Shown here: positions 28,544-38,400 of the stretch, one piece after another
Numbering within the stretch: the stretch's first letter is position 1
Layout: every line of letters starts with the position of its first letter
IMG/VR virus record: IMGVR_UViG_3300046167_000921
Span: 32,001-96,000 of that record
DNA length: 64,000 bases
Source: a virus
Reading direction: 5' to 3' (one strand)
Position numbers and translations under genes: made by a program
Notes under the pieces: generated by a model
Seen by the model: only the letters and a program-made list of their open reading frames with translations
Databases searched by the model: none
What the model was told of the DNA's origin: nothing

Positions 28544-29414
28544 CGCTAAATCCTATTCTTTTCTGCAGGTCTTTTTTAACAAAATCGTAAGACTCTGAGA
28601 CGTAATCTACGACGCTGTCATAGATGGGCATAGTATAAGGAAGCCCTATTAATATTCTTGACATGGGTCTAACAGATATTTGAAATAGGACATATAGGAT
28701 CACGATAAGAGAGATTACCCCAGCTCTCCATATGACCCAATTTACCCAATCTAGGAATTCCCTATCTCTAGCTCTTTTCTTTATATACTTCGGGCCACCC
28801 AGCCTTTTGACTTTCTCAGAACTTGGAGGGGGCTGAAGAGATTCCACACTCTGCCCAACTGCGTAAACCTCCTGCGGGGTGCTCACCCCTTTGAAGCGAT
28901 ACATACCAACGCAGGCATATCGAGTGTCCTTAGGGGTACGGGTATTAGTTCTACTCTTAATGTTGACAAATGCTTCTTTCGTCAACAGAACTTGACCTGC
29001 TTGGCAGAGGCTCATAGTTCGAGCCGCTATGTTTTTAGCTAAGCCCTCTAGTTCAATCCTTTTAGCACCAGCACCGACGAAGAGTTCATCTTGTTGCACC
29101 TCTATGATCCGACCCCAATGGATGCCTATACGGGTAGTCAGCCGAGTCTTCTTTGGAACTGTCCTCTGATAGCTGAGAGCAAAGTTGACGGCATCAACAG
29201 TCCTGTTAAAAGAAAGTAAGAACCCGTCACTTCGGTCTATTTCTCGACCGTCATGTTTATAGATTAAAGACCGTGCGAGCCTATCATGAACCTGAAACCA
29301 CTGAGCCGACACATGGGCACCATTCTTTTGAACGAATGCGGTAGACCCAATTATATCTAGCAAGACGATTGCTAGATAACGTTCTTTCATCGTGACTTCA
29401 GTGGGGACTTTCAT
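28527..29414 (-). CDS. Class III nucleotidyl (adenylate/guanylate-type) cyclase with C-terminal TM
   Basis: LLDIIGST (Asp1), EIDRSDGFLLSF (Asp2), RIGIHWG, GLAKNIAAR (N/R), GQVLL, YRFKG. Confidence 0.82.
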   Translation of the reverse strand: MKVPTEVTMKERYLAIVLLDIIGSTAFVQKNGAHVSAQWFQVHDRLARSLIYKHDGREIDRSDGFLLSFNRTVDAVNFALSYQRTVPKKTRLTTRIGIHWGRIIEVQQDELFVGAGAKRIELEGLAKNIAARTMSLCQAGQVLLTKEAFVNIKSRTNTRTPKDTRYACVGMYRFKGVSTPQEVYAVGQSVESLQPPPSSEKVKRLGGPKYIKKRARDREFLDWVNWVIWRAGVISLIVILYVLFQISVRPMSRILIGLPYTMPIYDSVVDYVSESYDFVKKDLQKRIGFSDEPDK

Positions 29415-29415
29415 A

Positions 29416-29625
29416 CTACTCCCAGAGGCTCTCTATATTGCTACAAGTAGTATTCAAGATCCTCTGAGCTATGACCTTATCGCAATTGTCTATGTAAGGT
29501 CGGTATCCGACACATTCTTCAATGTAGTCTATAGCCTCTTCGCAAGGTGTCTTCACGGGATCTTCCTGATGTCCTGCTTCACAAGAGCTTAAGGAAAACG
29601 CTATTAGTAAGGCGATCTTCTTCAT
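29416..29625 (-). CDS. Small Cys-rich lipoprotein
   Basis: MKKIALLIAFSLSS-C lipobox plus four further Cys. Confidence 0.6.
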   Translation of the reverse strand: MKKIALLIAFSLSSCEAGHQEDPVKTPCEEAIDYIEECVGYRPYIDNCDKVIAQRILNTTCSNIESLWE

Positions 29626-29945
29626 TACAAGTACCCTACGAATGCGAATTCTTGTTTTTTAACAACTTCGAGAGGAGAGTTCTCATACTTTTTGATTAAC
29701 CACATGATGTAGTAGTCTCCTGGGATAAACCCAGCGGACAACCTCTCCGAGACGTAGTAGATTCCAGATTGATCTTGAAATGGCACTCTACCACCCTGCC
29801 CTACTCTCCATTGACCTCTAGCATGGTCTTTAGCATGGAATTCATAGTAGATGACGTAAGGGTCAAAAGCACCACCACTCTGGTCATACAGCATGATGTA
29901 TAAATCATTAGGGCCTAACTGTTGCCCTTGAGTATATACAGGCAT
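29625..29945 (-). CDS. Small beta-sandwich (Ig-like), putative virion protein
   Basis: Alternating beta pattern; PGDYYIMWLI. Confidence 0.45.
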   Translation of the reverse strand: MPVYTQGQQLGPNDLYIMLYDQSGGAFDPYVIYYEFHAKDHARGQWRVGQGGRVPFQDQSGIYYVSERLSAGFIPGDYYIMWLIKKYENSPLEVVKKQEFAFVGYL

Positions 29946-29946
29946 T

Positions 29947-30300
29947 TTAAATCACCGAGATGATGTTGTTGACTGAGGATGAGGCGACAGCTTTTTTAAC
30001 AGAAATGGTTTGTTCCGCTTTGACCTCAGATTCGTCCCCTACAAGATTAGCGACGTACTCAACAAAGAGAGTTTGCCCTTCGACATCATTAGGAATTGTA
30101 ATCTTAGTGATGAACCTATGATCTTGATCTGTCTGTTGCATGGCAACTGGGCCTGTGATCACTGTCCTTACGACACCTTGATACTTAAATAATGTCGCGG
30201 TGACATTAGCAACTTGAATGGGTTTGCTATCTTGACCTATCCAAGATACTTGACAAGGGTGCGACTCAGAGACCTCTGCTTGAGAATAGTACGCAATCAT
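29947..30300 (-). CDS. Small beta-sandwich protein, putative virion protein
   Basis: 117-aa beta-rich ORF with SD AAGGAGG. Confidence 0.5.
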   Translation of the reverse strand: MIAYYSQAEVSESHPCQVSWIGQDSKPIQVANVTATLFKYQGVVRTVITGPVAMQQTDQDHRFITKITIPNDVEGQTLFVEYVANLVGDESEVKAEQTISVKKAVASSSVNNIISVI

Positions 30301-30351
30301 AACCCCCCTCCTTCATATGTATTATATGTATTTATGAAGGAGGGGGGTTAT
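30299..30351. repeat. Perfect 19-bp inverted repeat covering the SD and part of the start codon of 29947..30300
   Basis: ATAACCCCCCTCCTTCATA (30299-30317) / TATGAAGGAGGGGGGTTAT (30333-30351) with a 15-nt AT-rich loop. Confidence 0.9.
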
Positions 30352-30361
30352 AAAATGAATA

Positions 30362-30616
30362 TTAAGATTCTTCCCTCGCCATATAGGTCAAGGCTTTGAG
30401 AGACCTGATCTCATCGACATAGCTCAAAGCGATCACTCTTGACGTTCTGTTGAAGAACTCTCTCTTAAGATCTTTAAAAGAGGACTTCTTCTCGAAGACG
30501 AAGACCACCTTACGCCCTTCAAGCTCAGTCTTTAATAGCTCCATGCCTACTACTTTTAAGTACGCGGCAAAGTACAGATCTGAGGTCTTGTAAAGAGGCT
30601 CGGGTTCAACATTCAT
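30362..30616 (-). CDS. DUF5659-like small protein
   Basis: YKTSDLYFAAYLK...G.KVVFVF pattern. Confidence 0.65.
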   Translation of the reverse strand: MNVEPEPLYKTSDLYFAAYLKVVGMELLKTELEGRKVVFVFEKKSSFKDLKREFFNRTSRVIALSYVDEIRSLKALTYMAREES

Positions 30617-30846
30617 ACCGAGCTTCTCTCCAGAAGGGAACTCAGGGCGACTTGGGCTTTACGAACGCCCTTGTCACTTGAAGGGATTTGAATGAGCTTG
30701 CCTTTCTTATCCCATTTAGCGACAAGGGGTCTTTCTCCCCATGCCCCTCTTAACTCGTCACCGTCTGTGACCAGCACCCGCCCTTCATGTGAAGAACGTT
30801 TTAAGAATGCACTAAGAACCTTTTTATCCTGAAGGGCGATTTTCAC
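30613..30846 (-). CDS. DKKV-domain protein (dispersed paralog of 18671..19420)
   Basis: MKIALQDKKVLSAFLKR...VLVTDGDEL...AKW matches MKLTPRDKKVIDSFIAK...LSTDGKVL...AEW. Confidence 0.6.
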   Translation of the reverse strand: MKIALQDKKVLSAFLKRSSHEGRVLVTDGDELRGAWGERPLVAKWDKKGKLIQIPSSDKGVRKAQVALSSLLERSSV

Positions 30847-30874
30847 CGTTTGTGTCTCCCGTGTTAGTTATGAT

Positions 30875-31546
30875 TTAGAGGACGTTACCGAGTCCGTCAT
30901 ATACTACCACGTAAGGATCAACAACAGCACCTCCGACAGTGCGAGTGCTTTTAAGACCGAGAAGATCTCCCTTAGCTACAGAAATCCAGAAGCTTGAGTC
31001 CTCCTCAAGGACAGGGCTCACGACACCGTAGTCAAAGAAGCTCGTCGCTACAGGCTGAAAAACCCCAGCCACTTCTACGACATGACCTGCGGGAACGACG
31101 TATCTTGCCCCTGCGAGAATCTGTAGGATGTCTTCTACAGAAGCTGTAGAGGTTGCAACCCCCACGCCTGCGGTAGCTACGGTCACCGCGACAACAGCAT
31201 TAATAGCCGCGAGGTCGAGAGTGTTACCTGCTCTCATCTCAGCCACTAGAGCATCTGCGATGGTCTTTGCGTCCGCTGATGTGATAGACGCACCTACGGC
31301 AGGGTCGTTTGCACCATCATCGAGATTGACTAGGAGATAAGCCGCGAGGCCTCTCACTTCCGTAGTCACCACCCCAGCCGCTACTGTAGGGAGTGTGGTG
31401 GTTTCAGCTACGCGAAGGTAACGAGGCCCTTGCGGTGCGGGGTCAACCACAGGGTTGGCTTGTGATCTATTAGGCCACATATCTTTAACAAGAATCTGGC
31501 CGTTAGAGATAGATGTGTCTCTGATACAAATTGCTGGACTTGGCAT
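30875..31546 (-). CDS. Putative virion structural protein, paralog 3 of a tandem triplet
   Basis: Shares NGQI.V.D.(W/Y/F)P..SQ.N...P..QGP.Y and terminal Y..DG.LY/GNVL with the two upstream genes. Confidence 0.6.
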   Translation of the reverse strand: MPSPAICIRDTSISNGQILVKDMWPNRSQANPVVDPAPQGPRYLRVAETTTLPTVAAGVVTTEVRGLAAYLLVNLDDGANDPAVGASITSADAKTIADALVAEMRAGNTLDLAAINAVVAVTVATAGVGVATSTASVEDILQILAGARYVVPAGHVVEVAGVFQPVATSFFDYGVVSPVLEEDSSFWISVAKGDLLGLKSTRTVGGAVVDPYVVVYDGLGNVL

Positions 31547-31558
31547 TTACTTTTCTCC

Positions 31559-32305
31559 TTAGATGTAGAGTGAGCCGTCATCACCATAGATGACAACGTA
31601 AGGTGCAGGGTTACCGCTAGCGTCTACCCTCTCCTGAGCTTTGCGAAGCTGACCTCTCTTTGCAGAGATCCAGAAAGAGGGGTGGTTGTTGAAGTCACTC
31701 CAAAGACTAGCATAGTCGGCAGGGTTCGTGAGAGATCCCGCTTGATCTAGACCCGCGAGAGGCACGAAGGCACCTGCATCTTGCACGTCCTGACCCGCTG
31801 GGATACTGAAGACTTTGTAGCCCGAAATAATCTGAAGAACCTCAAGCACTGTGCCTGTAGAGTTACCCAGAATGCCGTCAAGGTCATTACCCACGGCGGT
31901 GTTTTCAACGATAACAGCATTGATGTCTGCGATAGTAAGACTTTGAGCAGAACGCATTCTCAAGATGAGAGCATCTGCGATGTCGTTTGCTTGATCACTA
32001 GTAAGGGCGATGCCCGCCGCCGCAGTATTCTCTACAGTAGTGAGAAGATAGACCGCGAGACCCGTGAGGTCAGTAGTCGTAGCGAAGTTGACATCGAGGG
32101 CAACGTCCTGACTAATGTCCCTTGTATGGCCATAGAGATAAACGGGCCCTTTGAAGTTAGGGCTGATAGTAGCATTCGACTGTGTCTTATGCGGGTAGAG
32201 ATCAGTGATCTGTACTGAAACACGTCCGTCAGTTGAGTTAGTTACTCTTGGGGTTGCAAGAAATGGCATATCTAATCTCCTATTAGCTGTAGAGAGTACC
32301 GTCAT
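31559..32305 (-). CDS. Putative virion structural protein, paralog 2 of the triplet
   Basis: VQITDLYPHKTQSN...KGPVYL and YGDDGSLYI. Confidence 0.6.
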   Translation of the reverse strand: MTVLSTANRRLDMPFLATPRVTNSTDGRVSVQITDLYPHKTQSNATISPNFKGPVYLYGHTRDISQDVALDVNFATTTDLTGLAVYLLTTVENTAAAGIALTSDQANDIADALILRMRSAQSLTIADINAVIVENTAVGNDLDGILGNSTGTVLEVLQIISGYKVFSIPAGQDVQDAGAFVPLAGLDQAGSLTNPADYASLWSDFNNHPSFWISAKRGQLRKAQERVDASGNPAPYVVIYGDDGSLYI

Positions 32306-33038
32306 CGTTATAGACGGTAAGAAGAGGCGAGGTAGAGCGAACTCCTGCGAAAAGGTCGCCGTAGACGCCGTCTCTAACAGAAGTTAAGCCCGAGAGTGAA
32401 CCCTCAGAGAATGAGATCTTCCAAGAAGAGTCTCTCGGCACAAGTGTTCTCATTGTAGAGCCGAGTGTGCCAGGCGAGAGTACAAGCTCTTTAACCCCGT
32501 CTGCATCCTGAATGGGAACTCCTGCGTTCACGATGTAATCTTCACCCGCTAAGATCGCTAGTACTTCTACCAACGACCCTGTGCTGTTCGAGTTAGCGAC
32601 GCTAACCCCATCGAGGTCAGTAGGTGCGTTAACAACATCCGCACCTGAAAGAATTGTGTTGATGTCTGCAGTCTGGAGGGTAGATCCAGCTCGGACTCTA
32701 GCGACGATGTTCGTAGCCGCTTGTTCAGCTTGAACTAAGCTCAGAGCAGGGCCTGTACCCGCACCGTTAACATCTGCCGCAGGGTCAGCCTCTATGTGAG
32801 CTATAAGATATGCTATGAGGCCGTTACTTCTTCTGAGAAACTCGATTGAAGTATCTGCGTTGACTTTCAGCACAGGGCGACCGACGCCTGTTGAACCGAC
32901 ATTTGCAGTTCGGACATAGAAAGGGCCTTGCCCTCGCGGATCGTTGACGAGGTTTCTTTGAGACTCGTTGGGGAACAAGTCTGTGATCTGAACTGATCCG
33001 TTTTGGATTTCAGGTCGTCTTGCAATGATATATGGCAT
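32283..33038 (-). CDS. Putative virion structural protein, paralog 1 of the triplet
   Basis: VQITDLFPNESQRN...QGPFYV and YNDDGTLYS. Confidence 0.6.
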   Translation of the reverse strand: MPYIIARRPEIQNGSVQITDLFPNESQRNLVNDPRGQGPFYVRTANVGSTGVGRPVLKVNADTSIEFLRRSNGLIAYLIAHIEADPAADVNGAGTGPALSLVQAEQAATNIVARVRAGSTLQTADINTILSGADVVNAPTDLDGVSVANSNSTGSLVEVLAILAGEDYIVNAGVPIQDADGVKELVLSPGTLGSTMRTLVPRDSSWKISFSEGSLSGLTSVRDGVYGDLFAGVRSTSPLLTVYNDDGTLYS

Positions 33039-33078
33039 AGTAATCTCCTTTGTGGTTATGCTTTTACTACGCCGAAAT

Positions 33079-33090
33079 ATAAAACAACTA
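33079..33090 (-). promoter_or_regulatory. Putative late-promoter motif (TAGTTGTTTTAT)
   Basis: Exact match upstream of the paralog triplet. Confidence 0.6.
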
Positions 33091-33813
33091 TTACCCTAAG
33101 TTTACGACAGAGCACCTCATCGTGAATTGAGGAGTTGAAGACTTCCCACCAAAGAAAAACTCACCTACAGAGCTTGAGGTCAAAGAGAATTCGTGACCTG
33201 GCTTTATAATCGTAGGTGACATACCAGGAGAGCAAGAGAAGTATAGATCTTCGCCCGCTACATCAGATAGGTTCTGAATATCAATAGACTGACTAAAATT
33301 AGGAAGGTGTATATTTAAACCCCCCGCGTCTAAGGAGTCTGGGAGACCCCCTCCAAGGTCTGGGGCTGTTGCGGTTGCTGTGAAGACAGGGCTTATGACG
33401 CCAAAGAAGTCGTAGGGAACTAGAGCGACAACAGGGCCGAAGTCGGTGAAAGCACCCGTAGATCGGATTTTACCTCTCGCTCTAAGGTAGCAAACCTCGC
33501 CGTTAGTCGGGATGCGAGCACCTACGAGTGGCGGTGCGGTCGCATAGTCGTCAAGGGTGAACATGAATCGAGTCTGATCTCGGTTTGAATCATCGACCCC
33601 AACCTTAGATTTGAGGATAGAAGGACTCTTGAAGGTGGAGTCGTATCTCATCTCGAACATCTTAACAGGGTTTGTAAAAGCGTCGTCTATATTTGAGGCT
33701 CCATGTATCTCGATAAGTTCAAGGCCTCTGAGGTTTCGGTTAGGAAAACTCATGTCGGTCATGTTCTTGGCTCTATAGTTAAGACTAGGTATTAATCTTC
33801 CTCTAGACATCAC
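33091..33813 (-). CDS. Hypothetical beta-rich protein, putative virion
   Basis: 240-aa ORF. Confidence 0.55.
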   Translation of the reverse strand: MMSRGRLIPSLNYRAKNMTDMSFPNRNLRGLELIEIHGASNIDDAFTNPVKMFEMRYDSTFKSPSILKSKVGVDDSNRDQTRFMFTLDDYATAPPLVGARIPTNGEVCYLRARGKIRSTGAFTDFGPVVALVPYDFFGVISPVFTATATAPDLGGGLPDSLDAGGLNIHLPNFSQSIDIQNLSDVAGEDLYFSCSPGMSPTIIKPGHEFSLTSSSVGEFFFGGKSSTPQFTMRCSVVNLG

Positions 33814-34196
33814 TTACTCGCTTTCTCTTTAGCTATGAGGGTTTCATATGAAGATGTGTTCTTCCCCTTGGATTTAGCTAACCTCTGAGCCTCTGACCAA
33901 GAGTCTACTTTCTCTCCGTCTACGTTTGGAGCTAATGTGACATTGGGCTGATCTCGCTTCATCTCTGCTGTCCGAGACTCAAGGCGTTCATTCTTCTTAC
34001 GCATCTGGTTCTTGATACGATTGTTTTTGCCAGCCCAGCCGTCGCCTTTAAGTATGAAGTTACGGGTGGGTTGAAACACTTTTTTATTAGGTGTCTCGCA
34101 CTCAGTGCAAGGTTGCTCTTTATCGTGATCTCTCATAGAGACTCTCAGTTGGTAATCGTGTCCGCAACTACTGCAACGATATAAGTAAAAAGGCAT
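33810..34196 (-). CDS. FmdB-family zinc-ribbon protein
   Basis: MPFYLYRCSSCG...CTECET...FILKGDGWA. Confidence 0.8.
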   Translation of the reverse strand: MPFYLYRCSSCGHDYQLRVSMRDHDKEQPCTECETPNKKVFQPTRNFILKGDGWAGKNNRIKNQMRKKNERLESRTAEMKRDQPNVTLAPNVDGEKVDSWSEAQRLAKSKGKNTSSYETLIAKEKASK

Positions 34197-34199
34197 AGT

Positions 34200-34607
34200 T
34201 TAAGCTCCGAAGTATTTCTCTAAGACAGCATAGATGTGCTTGCAGATCTTATGTGTCCCATTGGGGTCTTTCTTTTCTGGCCTGGTCTCCGTACCTTTAG
34301 TTGTACCATACAAGTAGTCTTTTTCTTTTGCGTGGTATTCTGGTCCTTGATACACCCAATATTTACAGGTGCAAGAGACTCTCAGGTCATCCCCGTTGGC
34401 CTCTACAGTAACATTGTAGTCGGCTACCTTGTATTTCTTAGGTTCGTCTTCAAGCTTACTCTTAAATTGTTGAACAATACCCTTGACGACTTTGCCCTTC
34501 TCTATGACATCTGGGTCAAGATTGTCTAATATGTCTTTTAGAGGTGCGGAGGTTTTTCTCATGTTCTGTCTCCCTGTGATATGCTCAAGGGGGGCAAGAT
34601 AGAACAT
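34200..34607 (-). CDS. SWIM zinc-finger protein (likely start 34562, MRKTSA)
   Basis: VSCTCKYW...CKHIYAV; the listed ATG overlaps the upstream motif, whereas ATG 34562 has SD GGGAG. Confidence 0.7.
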   Translation of the reverse strand: MFYLAPLEHITGRQNMRKTSAPLKDILDNLDPDVIEKGKVVKGIVQQFKSKLEDEPKKYKVADYNVTVEANGDDLRVSCTCKYWVYQGPEYHAKEKDYLYGTTKGTETRPEKKDPNGTHKICKHIYAVLEKYFGA

Positions 34608-34610
34608 TTA
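34599..34610 (-). promoter_or_regulatory. Putative late-promoter motif (TAAATGTTCTAT)
   Basis: Exact match; followed by a C-rich arm that can pair with the SD GGGAG. Confidence 0.55.
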
Positions 34611-35432
34611 TTAAACCTTGGAGAGAAGCTCCACAATTCTCATTACAATTTTCAAGTATTCACCTTCCCCCAGAGCTCTGTAGTTGGGGCTTCCAGCTAA
34701 GAGGGCATCACCCCAAACATCACCGCCCCAAAAAGAGGTACAGACATCCCTACAGGAAAAGCCTTTAATCTTCTCCCTAGAAGACACAGTAATGGTGCGA
34801 TCTTTTGAGTTATAGGCACAAATGACTCTCGATTCCCTAAAGAGGTCATTCACGAAATGCCCTTCTGTCTTTCGACAGAGAAGCCCTGTCGAGTACTCTT
34901 TGTAAAAAGTGGCCTGATCTAACTTCTCCCGAAGGTAGATCCTCGCTTTCCCCATTCTCTTTGCAATAAACCCATCGAGAACAGCTTCTCGAATAAAGGC
35001 AAAGGCCAACCGACAAAAATCCGTGACATCTATAAAGTCAACATCATCTTCAGAGATGGGGTCATTCTCTTCAAGCCACTGTAAGATTCCTTGGATCTTC
35101 TCATGAACCTCTTCGTCGCTTGAAGTCTGACCCGCTTTAACTTTAGAGACTTCTTGCCAAAAGGCATCTTCTTGAGGGAAATCGCCACTCGCCCTTAATA
35201 GACCTCCCAATGTTTCGAGGTCTAGAGACTTGACTAAGACGACATCGTTACTTCCAACGGAAGGGATGTCCTTATCTAAGCAGGGAGAGGGCTTATTCTC
35301 TGTCGGAGAAGTGTATTGGGTGCCCTTGCAGGTGTAAGACCCGTATTGAGCCTTGACTGTCAACACGGGAGGGTGTTTAAGGTCAACGGAGAGAGCCGCA
35401 CTTTTTGCATTTGGAGATACAATGACAATCAT
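34611..35432 (-). CDS. Hypothetical protein, possibly a degenerate DHH-type phosphoesterase
   Basis: VLVKSLDLETLGG and C-terminal LLAGSP loosely resemble DHH/DHHA1 elements, but the His residues are missing. Confidence 0.3.
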   Translation of the reverse strand: MIVIVSPNAKSAALSVDLKHPPVLTVKAQYGSYTCKGTQYTSPTENKPSPCLDKDIPSVGSNDVVLVKSLDLETLGGLLRASGDFPQEDAFWQEVSKVKAGQTSSDEEVHEKIQGILQWLEENDPISEDDVDFIDVTDFCRLAFAFIREAVLDGFIAKRMGKARIYLREKLDQATFYKEYSTGLLCRKTEGHFVNDLFRESRVICAYNSKDRTITVSSREKIKGFSCRDVCTSFWGGDVWGDALLAGSPNYRALGEGEYLKIVMRIVELLSKV

Positions 35433-35437
35433 CTTAT

Positions 35438-35449
35438 TAGTCTTTCTAT
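35438..35449 (+). promoter_or_regulatory. Putative late-promoter motif (TAGTCTTTCTAT)
   Basis: Exact match in a divergent intergenic region before the helicase. Confidence 0.55.
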
Positions 35450-35486
35450 CATCGGCAGAGGTTAAGTTTAAGGAACGGAGAAGAGA

Positions 35487-38400
35487 ATGACCAATTCAGA
35501 AACCAGAACCCAATTAGAGGTTTTTAAATTCTACCTAGCTCTATATGGATTCCACAATAAAGGAGGGTCTGAAAAGACCTTTCTTGCTGGAGCTTCTACT
35601 CTTAAGAGATATGTGGAACTCAGGAACGGGGTAATCAGAGATTTTTTATCCCCCTTAGCTGAAAGAGGATACCCCGCATTTAACACTCTCCCTAATAAGC
35701 TATCGAGAGCTCTTAAAGGGGCAGTGACGAACCCAGATCAAGTCTTAGCATTAGGTTCCATCTTCTATGACGTTTGTGTATTTTACAAGAGCAGAAGCAA
35801 CTTGATCCGAGAAATATCAGATAGGAAGAGCAGGGATATACTCAGCACTTGTGTTTATGCTTGCTATGACGAACAAGTATCCTTATCTATGCTCTTGACA
35901 GCACCCCCTTCTAGGCTAAAGTTACCTAACCGCTGGATTAAGAAAGCCTCTCTTCAGTTAGAAGAGGTATCTCAGGTAGAGATACACCTCAATGAACTTA
36001 AAGAGGTTCAAGTTATATCTGAAGAGATCAGAAGCCTGAATCTCAAGATTAACTCAGATACCATCACCGACCAAGAGAGAGCTGTACTTATATCTTTGAG
36101 AGAGAAAAAGATGAAGTCTCTCCAGAAGACTTCTGAAGAGATATCGAGTGAGTCTCCAGCCATCGCGGTCGCGAGCAGTATTATTAACAGCCCTGAAGAG
36201 CATAAGACCAAAGTAGGTCAAGAGCAAAAACTGACTCCCACCCAAGAAGATATCATCCTCTCTAAAGGAGAGACTTCTGTGCAAGCAGGTGCAGGGGTAG
36301 GTAAAACCAAGGTCGTAGCGAGCAAGGTTGCCTATACGGTTAAAGAACTCGATGTCTCCCCTGAGAACATGATTGTTGTCTCTACGAGCAAAGACACAGC
36401 CGACAATTTGAGGCAGAGGATTGTTAAGTATGGCGGGGAAGAAAGCATGGGCAGATTCGTAGGAGTCTCAACCGAAGCAGTCGCCTTCAGTATTGTTAAG
36501 GATTTAGGGATCATTGCAGATAAAGAGATCATTAAAGATGAAACATTGGAGGAGTGGGTAAAGCTGGCTGTAGATCTCGTCATTCAAGGTGACGGTTCCA
36601 AGGACTCACCCAATCAACCTCTTCTAAAGGGTGTTGAACTCGACCCCGAAAGTAGTGAAGACCCTAGACTAACACCTCTACTGATTAGGGTGGTGTCTAC
36701 AATTGCTAGGAAGGCGGTTAAAGAAAATTCTAAAGAACTGCTCTCGCTAGTAGCCCCCGCTATTTCGACATACTCTAAAGGGAAAATCAAGCTTGCCCCT
36801 AGGTCTAGTGAGGTGTGGCTAGATAAGGACTTTAGGTCTTCTATAAACCAGCACATAAAAAGCTCTGGCGGTAAAGAAGACCTAAGTCAATCTTCTCCAT
36901 ATGAGGGATTTCAAAGGTTTGCTTCAGAGAGTGCCAAACCTAAGCCTATTAAGGTGAGCAACCAATGGTTTAACTTGGGTATGGACCCTCTCCATAACAC
37001 CCATGAGGCAAACCTGAGTCAATTTACCATATTCATAAAAGAGAACAAGAAGAAGATGGTCTCTGCGTCTTCTCTCTGGGAGAAGAGGAAAAAGTCAGCA
37101 CCTCTTGATCTCACCTCGCTCAAAGACATGGTAGATTATGATATGAAGGTCGCGGTTTATGGTGCATATGAGTATGCGAAAGAGAAACAAGGTGCGATTG
37201 ACCAAGAAGACTTCTCTATCTTGGCTTGTCGTGCTCTAGTAGACAGGCCAGCTCTTCTAAAAGAGATGAATAGTAAGTACACCCACATCCTCATAGATGA
37301 GGCTCAAGATTTGAGCGGGGCGGATAAGATGATGTTCCGTCTCATTTCAGGTTCAGTGGACACTAAGACTCTTGAACCAAAGCAAATGACCTCTTCTAAC
37401 TTCTTTACGATAGGTGACCGTAACCAGAGGACTAAGAACGCATCTAGGAACGCATCTAAGAACAAGGTTTTGTCAACGAACATGAGGTCTCGGTCAAATA
37501 TCATAGAGGCCGCGAACAAGATTATCTCCGCGGAGGAATCCGCTTGTCGCCCCAACCCGATGAAAGAGGGCGGTGAAATCAGTTATTCGATCCACAAAGA
37601 CCTTAGAAGCCCAGGTGCAGACTTCCTAGCAAAGGAAGTCAAGGAGCAGGTTGAGGTTGAAGGGTGGGGTCACGAAGGTGGGGAGAACCACAAGTTTGGA
37701 ATTGCGGTCAGGTCTAGTAAAGAGATGGTCGCATACGCGGTTGAACTCATGCTTGAGAATGTCCCATATTACGCTAACAGAGACTTCCTAGATGAGACTC
37801 CAATTAAGGCCGTACTCTCTGCAATAGGACTCAGATCTCCCAACCCAACTCACGTTCAAGAGTCGATACTTAACTTACACAAATACTTGCAGTTGGATCT
37901 AGGCGGAGACTTTAACAATAAGCTGACCCGAGAGGCGGGAGGTGAGAGTCTTCTATCTTGGCTCCTAGTTCAAGAATTAGATGAGGGGGCTCTGAGTGAC
38001 AAGGAAACAGAGTATGTTTCTATGATCAAGAGCGTCCTAGACTTCGAGGGGGATACCCTCTCTTTGTTGAACTTTGTTACAAAGTCTCTTAAGGCATCAG
38101 AAGGTAAGACCCTAATGGAGTTGAGAGTTAGCTTCTTAACCCCCGCTGAACTCTTTATGCTTAAGGAGGAAATAGGAGGAGGTACTGTTAGTGCCTATAA
38201 TAAAGCAGAATTCTCACAGTCTGGTTTCGATGTCATTTATAGGGTCTTCGAGTATTGTGACTTTGACCTTGAGAAGAGCTTTAGGAAGATCGAGAGCTTA
38301 CAGAAAGTGTCTAAGATGTATTCTAAGGACAAGAATAAAGACAGGGTTCTTATCCGCTTGTGTAAGGATTGGAAAGGCAGAGAGTGTAGAGATCTCTATG

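Noticed and set aside
27331-29625. Complete lysis cassette (holin plus spanins)
   Set aside because: No endolysin is visible, and the coiled-coil protein has two TMs rather than the single TM of an i-spanin. It is kept only as an alternative in the cyclase finding.
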